This document shows, piece by piece, positions 34,138 through 44,341 of a stretch of DNA of 64,000 bases. Source of the DNA: Candidatus Krumholzibacteriota bacterium (GTDB lineage: Bacteria; Krumholzibacteriota; Krumholzibacteriia; JAJRXK01). Each line of letters opens with the position of its first letter. The first letter of the stretch is position 1. The notes under the pieces were generated by a model. It worked only from the letters and a program-made list of their open reading frames with translations. It was not told the origin of the DNA and ran no database searches. Location: NCBI GenBank assembly GCA_963727455.1, contig CAVSGG010000006.1, positions 32,001 through 96,000 on the forward strand, read 5' to 3'. The position numbers and the translations under genes were made by a program.

Positions 34138-34581
34138 TTAGAGTTTGGTGACTTGCGGGTTCTCCAATTTGACCAGATCGCCGTCGTGGTGAACGGTACC
34201 CGTGACCTTCAGATCGAGGCCGTCGTAGCGGTTCTGGAACCACTCGGAATCCTCCGCCACGTCGAGCACGTAGATCCCGCCGTCGGCGGTCTGAACCGCG
34301 GCACTGCAGCTGGTGCCCACGTGATAGTTACAGTGGCCACAACCCAGCTTGCCGGAGATCGTGACTTCCTGGCCCTCGGGCATCGAAGCGAGCTCGGTCT
34401 TGGCCGCTGCTTCCTGCGCGGAATCGATCGCGTCCTTGGGAGTTTCAGCCATTTGCGTCTGGTCCGCGGTCGTGTTGCCGCTAGCGGCGTTGTCCGCGGC
34501 CTGATCCTTGGATCCTCCTTGCGAACATCCAGCGATCAGAAGAAGAGTGAGTGCGGCGAAAGTGGTTAGGTACTTCATCAT
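34138..34581 (-). CDS. Lipoprotein with CGHC...C motif, unknown function
   Basis: GAGGAG RBS; lipobox LIAGC; GKLGCGHCNYHVGTSC. Confidence 0.75.
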   Translation of the reverse strand: MMKYLTTFAALTLLLIAGCSQGGSKDQAADNAASGNTTADQTQMAETPKDAIDSAQEAAAKTELASMPEGQEVTISGKLGCGHCNYHVGTSCSAAVQTADGGIYVLDVAEDSEWFQNRYDGLDLKVTGTVHHDGDLVKLENPQVTKL

Positions 34582-34789
34582 AAGATGCTCCTCTGAAAAA
34601 TACACGGGGAAGCAAGAGTTCCATCGACTCAGCACTCCACACTATGATGACCTCCCGACGAGTCCGCCACTGAAAAAGGGGACTCGGGGGCCTGGCGGGC
34701 GCGCAAACGTCCAAACTCGCTTCTTTGGTGGACAGAGCTGCCCGATGGGCTACTCTGGGACCGGTTGTCCGTGAAGACCTCAGAAAACC

Positions 34790-36208
34790 ATGTGGAAACC
34801 AAGTCGAATCCTCGCTTCGTTCCGGCGCCTCATGCGCAAGCCGGAGGCTGATCTCTCCGATCGAGAGCGCTCATTACGTTGGTGGCTCGATTTGGCGCGT
34901 CACTGCACCGTCGAGTTGCGACGGGACCGCGCCTCGACCATGGCGGCCGCGCTTACCTACCACACCATCTTCTCTCTCATGCCCACCTTGGTCCTGAGTC
35001 TCGTGGTCATGCACTCCTTCGTGGGGCCCGAGGACATGGCACAATTCAAGGAAGGGATCGTGAATTGGATCCTGCAGCCGGTGCAGCAGGACGATTTCAT
35101 TCCGGGCCTACCCACTCCGCATTGGAAGGTCGAGGGGGAGAGCCTGCGCCGCCATGAGAACTTCATGGAAGTGCGCAAGACGCTGGGGGATCAGGTGGAG
35201 AGGATTTTGACCGAACTGGAGACGGTCGATTTCCGTGGGGTGGGCCTGGTGGGCATCCTCATCTTCATCTGGGCGGCGACGGGACTTTTGGCCACAGTGG
35301 AAGGCTCCTTCAACCATATATACAAGGCCGGTCCCGGCCGGCCCGCGTATCTACGATTACCGATCTACTACAGCGTGATCACCCTGAGCCCCCTGGTCAT
35401 CTTCATCGGCCAGGTGGCGCAGAGGCGCATGCTCAACAACATCGATGCGCTGGGAATCGGTTCCACGCTCATGGCGGTGTTGGCGATCGTGGTTCCCCTG
35501 CTCACGATCTGGATCGTTTTCTTTTTCCTGTACGTATCTCTGCCCAACACGCGCGTGCAGTGGAAGGCAGCCCTCATCGGCTCCTCGGTGGCGGCAGTGC
35601 TGTGGTGGCTAGGCGAGCAGCTGTTCTCGCTATACGTGCGCCGCACCGCCATCTCCACTCTGTACGGCGCCCTGGGTCTCTTGCCCCTCTTTTTGCTGTG
35701 GTTGTGGATCACTTGGCTCATCATCCTCTTCGGCTTGGAATTGGCCTACGCGCTGCAGGCCATGCGCGAGGGGCGCTTCGCCTGGCGGAGCTTCTTCGAG
35801 GGTGAACTCATCGTCATCGATCGCACGCTTGTGCTCCCTTTGGCCACCCGCATCGCGGAGTGCTTCAAGAACGGACAGCTGGCGACGGTCGGGGTGCTCT
35901 CACGCTCCCTGCGCTTGCCGCCTTCGGCCGTGTTGCGGCTACTACGCCCTCTGCTCAAGGCGAGTTTGGTGCACGAGGTTCGCGAAGGAGCAAGGAGCGG
36001 TTACACCCTCGCTCGGCCCGCCAAGCAAATCACCGCTCGCGAAGTGCTCGAATTGAGCCGTACTGCCATGCCCCTGGAGGGTGCGGAGGGCTCGGCGCGC
36101 CCCTGGGACGTGGTCAATGAACTCTATGCGGAATTGCAGGAGAGGGTGTCCGAAGTGAGCCTGGAAGATCTGAGTGCTGCCCAGCCCGCTTCCGGCGCCA
36201 GTTCATAA
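34790..36208 (+). CDS. YihY/BrkB family membrane protein with C-terminal Rrf2-like winged helix
   Basis: MAAALTYHTIFSLMP, LYGALG.LPLFLLWLWITWLIILFG, GYTLARP..QIT. Confidence 0.9.
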   Translation: MWKPSRILASFRRLMRKPEADLSDRERSLRWWLDLARHCTVELRRDRASTMAAALTYHTIFSLMPTLVLSLVVMHSFVGPEDMAQFKEGIVNWILQPVQQDDFIPGLPTPHWKVEGESLRRHENFMEVRKTLGDQVERILTELETVDFRGVGLVGILIFIWAATGLLATVEGSFNHIYKAGPGRPAYLRLPIYYSVITLSPLVIFIGQVAQRRMLNNIDALGIGSTLMAVLAIVVPLLTIWIVFFFLYVSLPNTRVQWKAALIGSSVAAVLWWLGEQLFSLYVRRTAISTLYGALGLLPLFLLWLWITWLIILFGLELAYALQAMREGRFAWRSFFEGELIVIDRTLVLPLATRIAECFKNGQLATVGVLSRSLRLPPSAVLRLLRPLLKASLVHEVREGARSGYTLARPAKQITAREVLELSRTAMPLEGAEGSARPWDVVNELYAELQERVSEVSLEDLSAAQPASGASS

Positions 36209-36261
36209 GTGCTATACTGACGCGTAGCTCCCGCCCTCATCTCATCACTGGAGGTGCGGAA

Positions 36262-38022
36262 ATGACTGCATTGCGCACGTTCTTCGTGGATTGGACTGGA
36301 CACCCCCGTGCTCTGGCCGCACTTCTTGTGGCACTGGCGAGCGCAATTTCTCTCCCGAGTTTCGCCACCACTCTGCTCGTTCCCGAGAACTACAGCCTCG
36401 AGGGGGCCCTGAGCGCCGCGGCATCCGGCGACAGCATCAGCGTGGCGGCCTACACTCTCGACGGCACGCTCGTGGATCTCACCCAGAGCATCACGCTGAT
36501 TTCGCGGGAGATCGGAGCGAATCGGCTCATTGGCGTGAGCGTGGACAGTTTGCAGCAGGTCCGAGTCGAGGGGTTTCTCGTCGGCTCTACGGATTATATC
36601 GGTGATACCTACGAGGGAGGCGTGACCATTCGTGACTCGAAGGTCGTATTTACCGACTGTGAGTTCTCGTATCTCCGGACGGTATCGGGTCCCCCGATCG
36701 CCTATGCCGCGGACTGCGAGCTACTCTTCGAAGGATGCACCTTCCACGACAATTACTGGGAACGTATCACGGAGGGAGCTGCCTCGGAAGGCAACTGTAT
36801 GGCCACCTACAACTACTCCGAGACTGACGAAGGAACACTTACGATCCGAGATTGCGATTTCCAGAACCAATCCAGTCCTGTCGCCTCTTGGATCCCCGTA
36901 ACGATCGAAAACACGCGATTCTCAGGCTGCGGCCCATTCTTGGTCTCCGCTCACGAATCCCTGGAAATGGTTGGCTGCCTCGTTGCGAATTTCCAACAGT
37001 ACATGAGCGGAGATTGGCTCGTCGTGGAGTGCCTTGGCGTAACAGATTGCATTCAAGCTTTCGGCAATGTCACGATCCAGGGGAATACTTTCGTCGACAC
37101 CGTTATTCCTCCTGGCCCTGTGATCGGTCCCTGCGGATACGGCACGGTATACCCTCCAGAGGAGATCCCCGCCTCCATCAAAGTCTCCGACAGCGGTAGC
37201 GGAGTCATCGAAAACAACCTCTTCATCGGCCTGCCGGCAGCTGCAGTTGAAGCGCCTGCCAGCGTATCCGTAGGCTGCAACGACTTCTGGGAAATCGATG
37301 GTCCAAACACGCGCGGCGGTATCGGGGACGTCACCAAGAGCGACGACAACATCAACGCGGCGCCGCTTTTCTGCGCCCGTTATGCCGGGGACTATACCTT
37401 GAGCACGCATTCTCCGGCGTCGGCCGAACACAGCTCCTGTGGACGCATGGGCGCCTTCGACACGGCCTGTGAGATCACTCCGGTACTTGTGCAGGACTTC
37501 ACCGGGACGAGGGTGGAGCATGGCGTCCAGCTTCAATGGTCGCTGAGCGAGGCCAGGAGGTTCTCCTTCGCAGATTGGAGCAGGGGAGCTTCCGCCGAAC
37601 TCTATCGTGGCCAAGGCGCGAGTGGGGTGTATGTCGACACCGCCGCTCCTGCCGGCGTACTGCGCTACGGTCTGGGCATCGTGCAGAATGGACAGGAGAT
37701 CTTCCCCCTGGAGACGCTGAGCGTGGTGGCATCCGAAGTCCCCGCACGCACCACTCTATTGGGTATGTTTCCAAATCCTTTCAATCCCAGTACGACCATC
37801 AAGTATGAACTGGATCGGACCCAAGCGGTGACACTGCGCATCTTCGATCGGGCTGGCCGCCTAGTGACGACCCTGGTGGACGAGCAGCAAGTCGCCGGCA
37901 AGCACGAACTCGAGTGGCGTGGTACGGATCGTGAAGGTCGTCAGCTCGCATCGGGCGTCTATCTCTGCCAACTTCGAGCCGGAAGCCATTCGCAGAGCTT
38001 GCGCATGGTACTTCTTCGATGA
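36262..38022 (+). CDS. Secreted beta-helix (pectin-lyase-like) protein with C-terminal FlgD-Ig/T9SS-type domain
   Basis: Signal peptide; ALSAAASGDSI; C.F..N repeats; PLFC...DY.L...SP...GAF; FPNPFNPSTTI...SGVYL. Confidence 0.8.
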   Translation: MTALRTFFVDWTGHPRALAALLVALASAISLPSFATTLLVPENYSLEGALSAAASGDSISVAAYTLDGTLVDLTQSITLISREIGANRLIGVSVDSLQQVRVEGFLVGSTDYIGDTYEGGVTIRDSKVVFTDCEFSYLRTVSGPPIAYAADCELLFEGCTFHDNYWERITEGAASEGNCMATYNYSETDEGTLTIRDCDFQNQSSPVASWIPVTIENTRFSGCGPFLVSAHESLEMVGCLVANFQQYMSGDWLVVECLGVTDCIQAFGNVTIQGNTFVDTVIPPGPVIGPCGYGTVYPPEEIPASIKVSDSGSGVIENNLFIGLPAAAVEAPASVSVGCNDFWEIDGPNTRGGIGDVTKSDDNINAAPLFCARYAGDYTLSTHSPASAEHSSCGRMGAFDTACEITPVLVQDFTGTRVEHGVQLQWSLSEARRFSFADWSRGASAELYRGQGASGVYVDTAAPAGVLRYGLGIVQNGQEIFPLETLSVVASEVPARTTLLGMFPNPFNPSTTIKYELDRTQAVTLRIFDRAGRLVTTLVDEQQVAGKHELEWRGTDREGRQLASGVYLCQLRAGSHSQSLRMVLLR

Positions 38023-38033
38023 GGATGGCAACG

Positions 38034-39356
38034 ATGAGCACATGGAAGACCAAGTTTCTTTTGATCCTCGTTTGTTGGACCACGGCGGCAACGGCACTAG
38101 CCAAGGACAAGGTTCTTTTCGACTGGAACAAGGGGGAGGTGGGGAATTTCGGTGGAGTTGGCTTTGCTCTGGGCGACATCAACGGAGACGGTGCGGACGA
38201 CATCGCCCTCAGACTGGATGATGAGATCGACGTCTTTTTCGGGGGGGAGAACGCCGATGAGGTGGCCGATCTGGTGATCGCACCCCCGAGTGGCCCGCAT
38301 CCCGGGTTCCCTCTGCAAGGGCCGATCGATCTCAATGGTGACGGGCACGATGATCTGATCGTGGCTGCCAACGGTGCCACGCGTGAGGGTCCCATCTACT
38401 GCTACTGGGGCGGAGCGGCCGTGGACGATGTCCCGGATTACGTCGTTCACGGCTCCTGGACCGCGGCCAGTGCCTGCCGAGCAGGAGAGTTCATGCCGAA
38501 CGACACGTTCGACGACTTGGCCGTCGCCAAGACGGGGACCAACTACAACTACGTCGATGTGTACGAGGGGGGAGAGGCCCCCGCCGAGGAGCGATCCTGG
38601 AGCCGCATCGAATACTTGATATTCACGCTATGGGAGTACCACTTCTGCTATGCGGGTGACTTCAACAATGACGGCTACGGAGATATTGTAACGGGCGCGC
38701 CTTTAGCCACGAGTGTCTGTCTGCGTTATGGAACCGTCCAAGCTTCGTGCTCAGAGGGCGGGCAGGTGTATCTGTATTGGGGCGGACCGGAGCGTTTTCG
38801 CGGCGCCCTGATAGCCCATGGCGACGAGGACAATATCCGTCTGGGCTTCCAGACGTCGGCGGATTGCGATTTGAACGCGGACGGTTACTCCGACGTTATT
38901 TCGACAGCGGATAGTGCTGACGAGACCTGGGCGATCTTCGGCCGTCCCGGCTATCCTTCCAGAATCTTGCAGCCGAGCCGGCTGCTCGCCGGGGGGAAGA
39001 GCGCAACTGCATTGGGAGACATCAATGGTGATGGCGCGGACGACGTGGCAACCAGGGACTCCTCGGGGCAGCTTCGGATCTTCCTAGGAAGCGCGACGTT
39101 CGATACGACGGAGGATGCATTTCTCACCCTCCCTGCGGAGGATACGCGGGCGTTCAAGTGGCTGTTCCGCGTCAACGATTTCGACGGCGACGGTTATGAC
39201 GACATCGGCGTCACTCTTAGTGAATCGGTCTCCGGCCAGGAACCCATCACGAGCTACCGCATCTACAGTGGCTTCAACGCTCTCGCCGTCCCCGTACAGG
39301 ATCAAACGGTTGGCAGACTCAAGTCGCTGTTCCAGGGAATCAAAAGGAATAGGTGA
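38034..39356 (+). CDS. Secreted FG-GAP/integrin-alpha repeat protein (alternative starts at 38019 and 38025)
   Basis: Repeated GDINGDGADDI, DLNGDGHDDL, GDFNNDGYGDI, DLNADGYSDV, DFDGDGYDDI. Confidence 0.85.
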   Translation: MSTWKTKFLLILVCWTTAATALAKDKVLFDWNKGEVGNFGGVGFALGDINGDGADDIALRLDDEIDVFFGGENADEVADLVIAPPSGPHPGFPLQGPIDLNGDGHDDLIVAANGATREGPIYCYWGGAAVDDVPDYVVHGSWTAASACRAGEFMPNDTFDDLAVAKTGTNYNYVDVYEGGEAPAEERSWSRIEYLIFTLWEYHFCYAGDFNNDGYGDIVTGAPLATSVCLRYGTVQASCSEGGQVYLYWGGPERFRGALIAHGDEDNIRLGFQTSADCDLNADGYSDVISTADSADETWAIFGRPGYPSRILQPSRLLAGGKSATALGDINGDGADDVATRDSSGQLRIFLGSATFDTTEDAFLTLPAEDTRAFKWLFRVNDFDGDGYDDIGVTLSESVSGQEPITSYRIYSGFNALAVPVQDQTVGRLKSLFQGIKRNR

Positions 39357-40062
39357 AGGTCGCGCCACCCGGGGCGACACGGAAGTGGGAAAGTAAGGTG
39401 GTGCTGGTGCGTTCGTGCACCACGGTGCGCCCCACGGCCATCCCTAGAGTCGCGCCGAACACCACGTCTGAGAGGTAGTGGTAGCGGTCCTCCATTCTCC
39501 CCATGGCGGTGGCGCCGACGAGGGCGTAAGCACAGGCCCCCACGAGCGGTCCGAAGTGATGGGCCAGAACCGGCGCGGCGGACATCGCTACGCCCACGTG
39601 TCCGGAGGGGAAAGAGTAGCTGCCGCCGTTGGGCCGCGTGCGTCCTGCCGCCGTCTTGATCGCCACGATCAAAGCTCCGCTCAACAGGAAGGAATGGGCC
39701 AGGTCAACGCCGGCTGCGAGGAGTCGAGGGGAATGGGCGAGCGCGCCCGTGGTCACCAGGCCGAGCGCGCCCCCCGCAATGGTCAGACCGTTACCGTAGA
39801 CGTTCCCCAAATCCGATACGCCATCCAGGTTCCGGGTGTCCAAAAAGCGCTCTTCGTCATGAGCGCTCTCCACCTGATGGCCCGCGATCGTGAGCGCTCC
39901 CCCCAGGGCGAAGAGTCGCAGATTTTCCCGACTGACCAGTCCGGCAGCATCGCTCTGGAGTATGGTCTTCGCGCCGTTGAGGGGGGCGGCCGAGGCCGCG
40001 GCGCTGCAGAGCAATGCGCCAATGCTCAGGCCAAGCCAGAGAAGGAGTCGGCCTCTCTTCAA
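39340..40062 (-). CDS. PAP2 family phosphatase
   Basis: K...GRTRP, SFPSGH, RM...HYLSDV. Confidence 0.88.
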   Translation of the reverse strand: MKRGRLLLWLGLSIGALLCSAAASAAPLNGAKTILQSDAAGLVSRENLRLFALGGALTIAGHQVESAHDEERFLDTRNLDGVSDLGNVYGNGLTIAGGALGLVTTGALAHSPRLLAAGVDLAHSFLLSGALIVAIKTAAGRTRPNGGSYSFPSGHVGVAMSAAPVLAHHFGPLVGACAYALVGATAMGRMEDRYHYLSDVVFGATLGMAVGRTVVHERTSTTLLSHFRVAPGGATFTYSF

Positions 40063-40152
40063 GTTCGGATGCCTCTGGGGTGGGGGAACGCCCGGGGCGT
40101 GGGGTACCCCGGGTATGTTCTATTTACACCCGCGTGAGGCATTGGTTCCGGC

Positions 40153-42015
40153 TCAGGCTTCCGTGTCGGGCGCCACCTGGAGATGTCGCTCGAGAAAACT
40201 CTCCAGTGCACGATAGAAATCGAAGACGTTTTCCTCGTTGTGAAAACCGTGGCCCTCATCGTCCTTGACGAGGTACTCCACTTCGACGCCCCGCTCGCGA
40301 AGGGCAGAGACCATCTGGTCCGATTCCTCCTTGCGTACCCGGGGATCGTTGGCTCCCTGGGCCACGAGCAGGGGCACGCGGATACGATCGGCATGAAAGA
40401 AGGGAGAGGTCTCCTTCAGTCGCTCGGCATCGTTTTCGGGATCTCCCACCATCTCATGGATCATTCCCAGCAGGGGCTTCCAGTAGTCGGGGATGGCGGC
40501 AATCCAGGTGAAGATGTTCGAGACGCCGCAGTAGCTCACTCCGCACGCGTAGAGTTCTGGGGTTTGGGTCAAGCCGGAAAGAGCCGCATAGCCTCCGTAG
40601 CTTCCACCGTAAATTGCGATCTGTCCCGGATCGGCGATGCCGCTCTCCACCGCCCAGGCCACCCCGTCGGTTACGTCGTTTTGCATCGTGAGCCCCCACT
40701 GTCCGTAGCCGGCCTCCTTGAACTTGCGACCGTATCCGGTCGACCCGCGGAAGTTCATGCGGAGCACGGCATAGCCTCGGTTGGCGAGGAACTGTACCTC
40801 GGGATCGAAGCCCCAGGTGTCGCGGTGCCAGGGCCCGCCATGGGGGATGACGACCATCGGCACCCTCGCATCATTCCCGGCCACCGGTTGGGTGAGATAA
40901 CCCTCGATAACCAGTCCGTCGCGCGAGCGGTAGGTGATGGGTTCGAGCGGAGCCATTTCCTTTTCATCGAGCCAGGGAGAGACATCGAAGAGCTTGCGCA
41001 GGGACAGGGTTCCATCTCGCCGCGACTCCAGTAGATGATAGTCACCGAGGGAGCGGTCGCTGCGGGAGTGCACCACGTAACGCGATTCGTCCTTGGAGTG
41101 CGAGACGATACGGTTGAAGCGCTCCGGGAGATGATCGTCGAGGAAGCGCTGGAGTTTCTTGTCGTACTCCTCGAAGTACTCGTAGGCGGGCTTCGCGGTG
41201 TGGTACAGCACGCCGGTGATGGTGCGACGATATTTGGAGTACAGTAGAGCGGAGACGTCGACCTTCGGATGCTCGAAGATCAGGCCCCCCTCTCGGCCGC
41301 TCTGCAGGTCGTACTCGAAGATCGCGTAGTGATCACGGCCGACGTTCGATGCGACATAGAGGCCCTGATCGTCGAAAGTGAAGCAGAGGGGACTCGCTGC
41401 CTCCTTGAAATCGTAGGTCGCGATCGTCTTCCAGGCCGCGACTTCGGTTTCGCGGTACAGAATGCTCGTGTTCACACCGTCGGTCGTGGTGGCGAGGCGC
41501 AATCGGCCGGCGTGGTCGGTGAGCCAACCCTGCACGTTGCCCGGATTCTCGGCGACGATCGTCGTATCGCCCGTCGTGACGTTCAGCCGATAGACATCGA
41601 ACACCTCCGGGTTTCTGCGATTCATCTCGAAGAGGATTTCGTCGTCGATTTCCTCGAGATCGTCCACGATCGAGCACTTGACGCCTTCGTATGGCGTGAG
41701 GTCGAGGGGATGGGAGCCGTCGCGCCCAACGCCGTAGAGCCGGTAGTTCTCGTCACCGCCGCGGTCCTGTACATAGATCAGACGCTCGTCGCTTGCCCAG
41801 AGATAGCCGGCAATGTCGCGCTCGGTGGCATCGGTCACTCGAAGCTCCTTGCCCGTTTTGAGCTCGCGCACCCAGAGGTTCAGACGCCGCTCGTGGGGAG
41901 CAAGAAACGCGAGATAGTGCCCGGAAGGGGAGAGCTCGAGACCGGCACGTTCGGGTTTGCGGAAAAAATCTTCTAGTGGGATGCGCCGGACCGATGAACT
42001 CACGCGATTCTCCAA
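40153..42015 (-). CDS. Cytoplasmic S9 family peptidase (start uncertain, 42003-42015)
   Basis: [44 protein letters not shown]; no signal peptide. Confidence 0.92.
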   Translation of the reverse strand: MENRVSSSVRRIPLEDFFRKPERAGLELSPSGHYLAFLAPHERRLNLWVRELKTGKELRVTDATERDIAGYLWASDERLIYVQDRGGDENYRLYGVGRDGSHPLDLTPYEGVKCSIVDDLEEIDDEILFEMNRRNPEVFDVYRLNVTTGDTTIVAENPGNVQGWLTDHAGRLRLATTTDGVNTSILYRETEVAAWKTIATYDFKEAASPLCFTFDDQGLYVASNVGRDHYAIFEYDLQSGREGGLIFEHPKVDVSALLYSKYRRTITGVLYHTAKPAYEYFEEYDKKLQRFLDDHLPERFNRIVSHSKDESRYVVHSRSDRSLGDYHLLESRRDGTLSLRKLFDVSPWLDEKEMAPLEPITYRSRDGLVIEGYLTQPVAGNDARVPMVVIPHGGPWHRDTWGFDPEVQFLANRGYAVLRMNFRGSTGYGRKFKEAGYGQWGLTMQNDVTDGVAWAVESGIADPGQIAIYGGSYGGYAALSGLTQTPELYACGVSYCGVSNIFTWIAAIPDYWKPLLGMIHEMVGDPENDAERLKETSPFFHADRIRVPLLVAQGANDPRVRKEESDQMVSALRERGVEVEYLVKDDEGHGFHNEENVFDFYRALESFLERHLQVAPDTEA

Positions 42016-42060
42016 ATCTTTTCGAGGGTTGTTTCTGCACCAATCAAAGCAAAAAGCTCC

Positions 42061-42630
42061 CTACTCGCAGAAGACGTGGACCGTGTCGCCATTCTCCGAG
42101 TCGACGTCGACGCTGAGTTCGCGCAGCGCATCCATCAGCTCTTCGCCGTCGAGGTTCTTCAGATGCGAGAGGTCGATCCCCTGCTGGGCGAGACGATCGC
42201 TGGCCCGAGGTGGGAGCAGAGTCGTTAGCTTGATCCCGGTCCGGAGGAGCCCGATGGGTACGCGAACGTTGACCTTGTCCTTGCCGTCGACCACCACGCG
42301 CAGGTACTTCAGGGGACCGGCCTTCCCATCGTGGGTTCTCTCGTCCTCTTCCGCCCGGGGGGCATTGAAGCTCTCGTCGAGCGCATGAGCGATCGAGTTG
42401 AGGCGGTTCTTGACCGTGGGATAGCTGATCCCGAACAGGCTCTCCATCCTCTTGATGGAGCCGTGGTGACGCAGGAAGGCCACCACGAATGCCTGATCCT
42501 CCATCGAAAGACGGGCCAGGGCCGGAATCTCGAAATTCCCCTCCAGGCGCACCTCACAGCGTGGGCAGATCATTCTCTCGACCTTCATGGGGCGCTGGCA
42601 TTCCGCGCAGCGAGCCTTCGAAATATCCAT
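42061..42630 (-). CDS. DUF2089 (Zn-ribbon + HTH) protein with C-terminal 'KVNVRVP' domain
   Basis: CAEC...CPRC..EG.F, GSIK.M..LFGISYPTVKNRL; AAAGGA RBS. Confidence 0.8.
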   Translation of the reverse strand: MDISKARCAECQRPMKVERMICPRCEVRLEGNFEIPALARLSMEDQAFVVAFLRHHGSIKRMESLFGISYPTVKNRLNSIAHALDESFNAPRAEEDERTHDGKAGPLKYLRVVVDGKDKVNVRVPIGLLRTGIKLTTLLPPRASDRLAQQGIDLSHLKNLDGEELMDALRELSVDVDSENGDTVHVFCE

Positions 42631-42667
42631 AGATATCTTTCCTTTCAGAAGGATAGTAGTATAGATA

Positions 42668-42682
42668 ATTGATAATATCAAT
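42668..42682. promoter_or_regulatory. Palindromic operator ATTGATA-A-TATCAAT upstream of the DUF2089 gene
   Basis: Perfect 7-bp arms in the AT-rich divergent region. Confidence 0.5.
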
Positions 42683-42738
42683 AGTGGACTTAAATAAATG
42701 ATAGTGTGGCTGGCTGGCAGGGGCGTTCGGATGCAATC

Positions 42739-42767
42739 TTGTAAATACGAATCAGAATTCTTATTCT
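42739..42767 (+). promoter_or_regulatory. Promoter TTGTAA-N17-TATTCT with TetR-type operator GAATCAGAATTCTTATTC
   Basis: Near-perfect 18-bp palindrome at 42749-42766; ATG only 9 nt after the -10, so probably leaderless. Confidence 0.6.
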
Positions 42768-42776
42768 TAAAATATC

Positions 42777-43418
42777 ATGACAATTCCAGTGCAGGAACGC
42801 AGCCGCGCCACCCAGCGGAAGATCCTCGACGCCGCCGAGCGCTTGCTGCAGACGCGACGTTTCGACGAGATCGCGATGAGCGACCTCGCCCGCGAGGCCG
42901 CCGTGTCCATCGGTGGTCTCTATGCGCGCTTTGGGGCGAAAGAGGAGCTGCTCGAATCCTTGTACGCGCGCTACGAAGCCCGTCGTAGCGAACGTCTCGC
43001 GCGTACCCTCGAACCAAGCCGTTGGGAGGGAATTGATCTCGTTCGTCGGGTGCGGGGGGTGGTGACGACTCTCGTCGGTCTGATGAGCAAAGAGCGCCAC
43101 ATCTTGCGCAGCTTCCTCTTGCACCACTGGTCCCATCCCCAAGAGATCGGGGGACCCTTCGCGCAACGACTCGAGACGATTTACGAGAACGCGGCGGCCG
43201 TGATCGCGCTGGATCCCGGAAGGATCGGAGCGTCCGACCCGCAACTTGCCGCGCGCGCGGCCGTCGCCGTGGTGGCCGGGGCGTGTCGCGACATGGTGGT
43301 GATGAAGCCCGCGCCTGCACCGGGCGCAGTCGAGATGACGCAGGAAGAAATCATCGAAACCCTCACCCGCGCCGCGCTCGGTATCCTCCAGTATCATGAA
43401 GGAGATACTTCCGCATGA
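42777..43418 (+). CDS. TetR/AcrR family regulator
   Basis: QERSRATQRKILDAA...DLAREAAVSIGGLYARFGAKEELL. Confidence 0.93.
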   Translation: MTIPVQERSRATQRKILDAAERLLQTRRFDEIAMSDLAREAAVSIGGLYARFGAKEELLESLYARYEARRSERLARTLEPSRWEGIDLVRRVRGVVTTLVGLMSKERHILRSFLLHHWSHPQEIGGPFAQRLETIYENAAAVIALDPGRIGASDPQLAARAAVAVVAGACRDMVVMKPAPAPGAVEMTQEEIIETLTRAALGILQYHEGDTSA

Positions 43419-43525
43419 GGAGTCGTGTGAGCTTTGTGGCATTATTGGCACTGATCCCCCTCGTGCTCACGGATGCACACGCCGCATCGACTCCCGTGGC
43501 AAGGAATCAACCCGCTTGGAAGTGA
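43415..43525 (+). pseudogene. 36-aa ORF that is almost entirely a signal peptide (gene remnant or small secreted peptide)
   Basis: AAGGAG RBS; ATGA overlap with the tetR stop; MRSRVSFVALLALIPLVLTDAHA-ASTPVARNQPAWK*. Confidence 0.5.
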
Positions 43526-43562
43526 AGTTCCACCATCTTCGATCTTTCCGGGGGGACGATTG

Positions 43563-44273
43563 ATGAACCTGACACCACAAAAAAGTGAACGAACCGTCCT
43601 GGTCACCGGCGCCAACCGCGGAATCGGTCTGGAGACCGTCCGTCAGCTCTGCGCCAAGGGCTATCGGGTGCTCCTCGGTAGCCGCGACCCGCACAAGGGT
43701 GAAAGGGCGCGCGCGCGGCTTCTTCCCCAGGCCGATCCGACGGTGGTCGAGCTCGACGTGGCTGCGCCGAAGCTCGAGGAACAGACCCAGGCCATCCTGC
43801 AACGCCACGGAAGCATCGACATCCTCGTCAACAACGCGGGTGTCCACTACGACGATTGGCAGACGGCGAGCACAGTGGACTGGAAGATCGTGCGCGAGGC
43901 CTTCGAGACCAACTTCTTCGGGGCATGGAGACTCGCGGCATTGCTGGCGCCGCCCATGCGCGAGCGCGGTTGGGGGCGCATCGTGAACGTCTCCAGCGAA
44001 GTGGGGGCCATTGCAAGCCTGGGCAAGTCCACCCCGGCCTACGCCATTTCCAAGACGGCCCTGAATGCTCTCACCGTTTGTCTGGCAGAGGAGTATCGCA
44101 ATACCGGCGTACTCATCGACGCAGTGTGTCCCGGATGGGTCGCCACCGACATGGGGGGCGAGGGGGGACGGCCAACTCCCGAGGGTGCGCGCAGCGTCGT
44201 ACTCGCCGTCGAGCTTCCCGACGACGGACCCAGTGGAATCTTCCTCCGTGACGGGAAGCGAATCGACTGGTAA
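43563..44273 (+). CDS. SDR family oxidoreductase
   Basis: TGANRGIG, LVNNAG, NVSS, YAISK, CPGWVATDMGG. Confidence 0.93.
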   Translation: MNLTPQKSERTVLVTGANRGIGLETVRQLCAKGYRVLLGSRDPHKGERARARLLPQADPTVVELDVAAPKLEEQTQAILQRHGSIDILVNNAGVHYDDWQTASTVDWKIVREAFETNFFGAWRLAALLAPPMRERGWGRIVNVSSEVGAIASLGKSTPAYAISKTALNALTVCLAEEYRNTGVLIDAVCPGWVATDMGGEGGRPTPEGARSVVLAVELPDDGPSGIFLRDGKRIDW

Positions 44274-44341
44274 GCGGACGCTGCGACCGCTGGTATACAT
44301 CTTGCCCTTTGCGCAGTGGGGAATGGCGCAAAGGATTGATC

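Noticed and set aside
42669-42681. FNR/CRP box
   Set aside because: TTGAT-N3-ATCAA has a 3-bp spacer, not 4.
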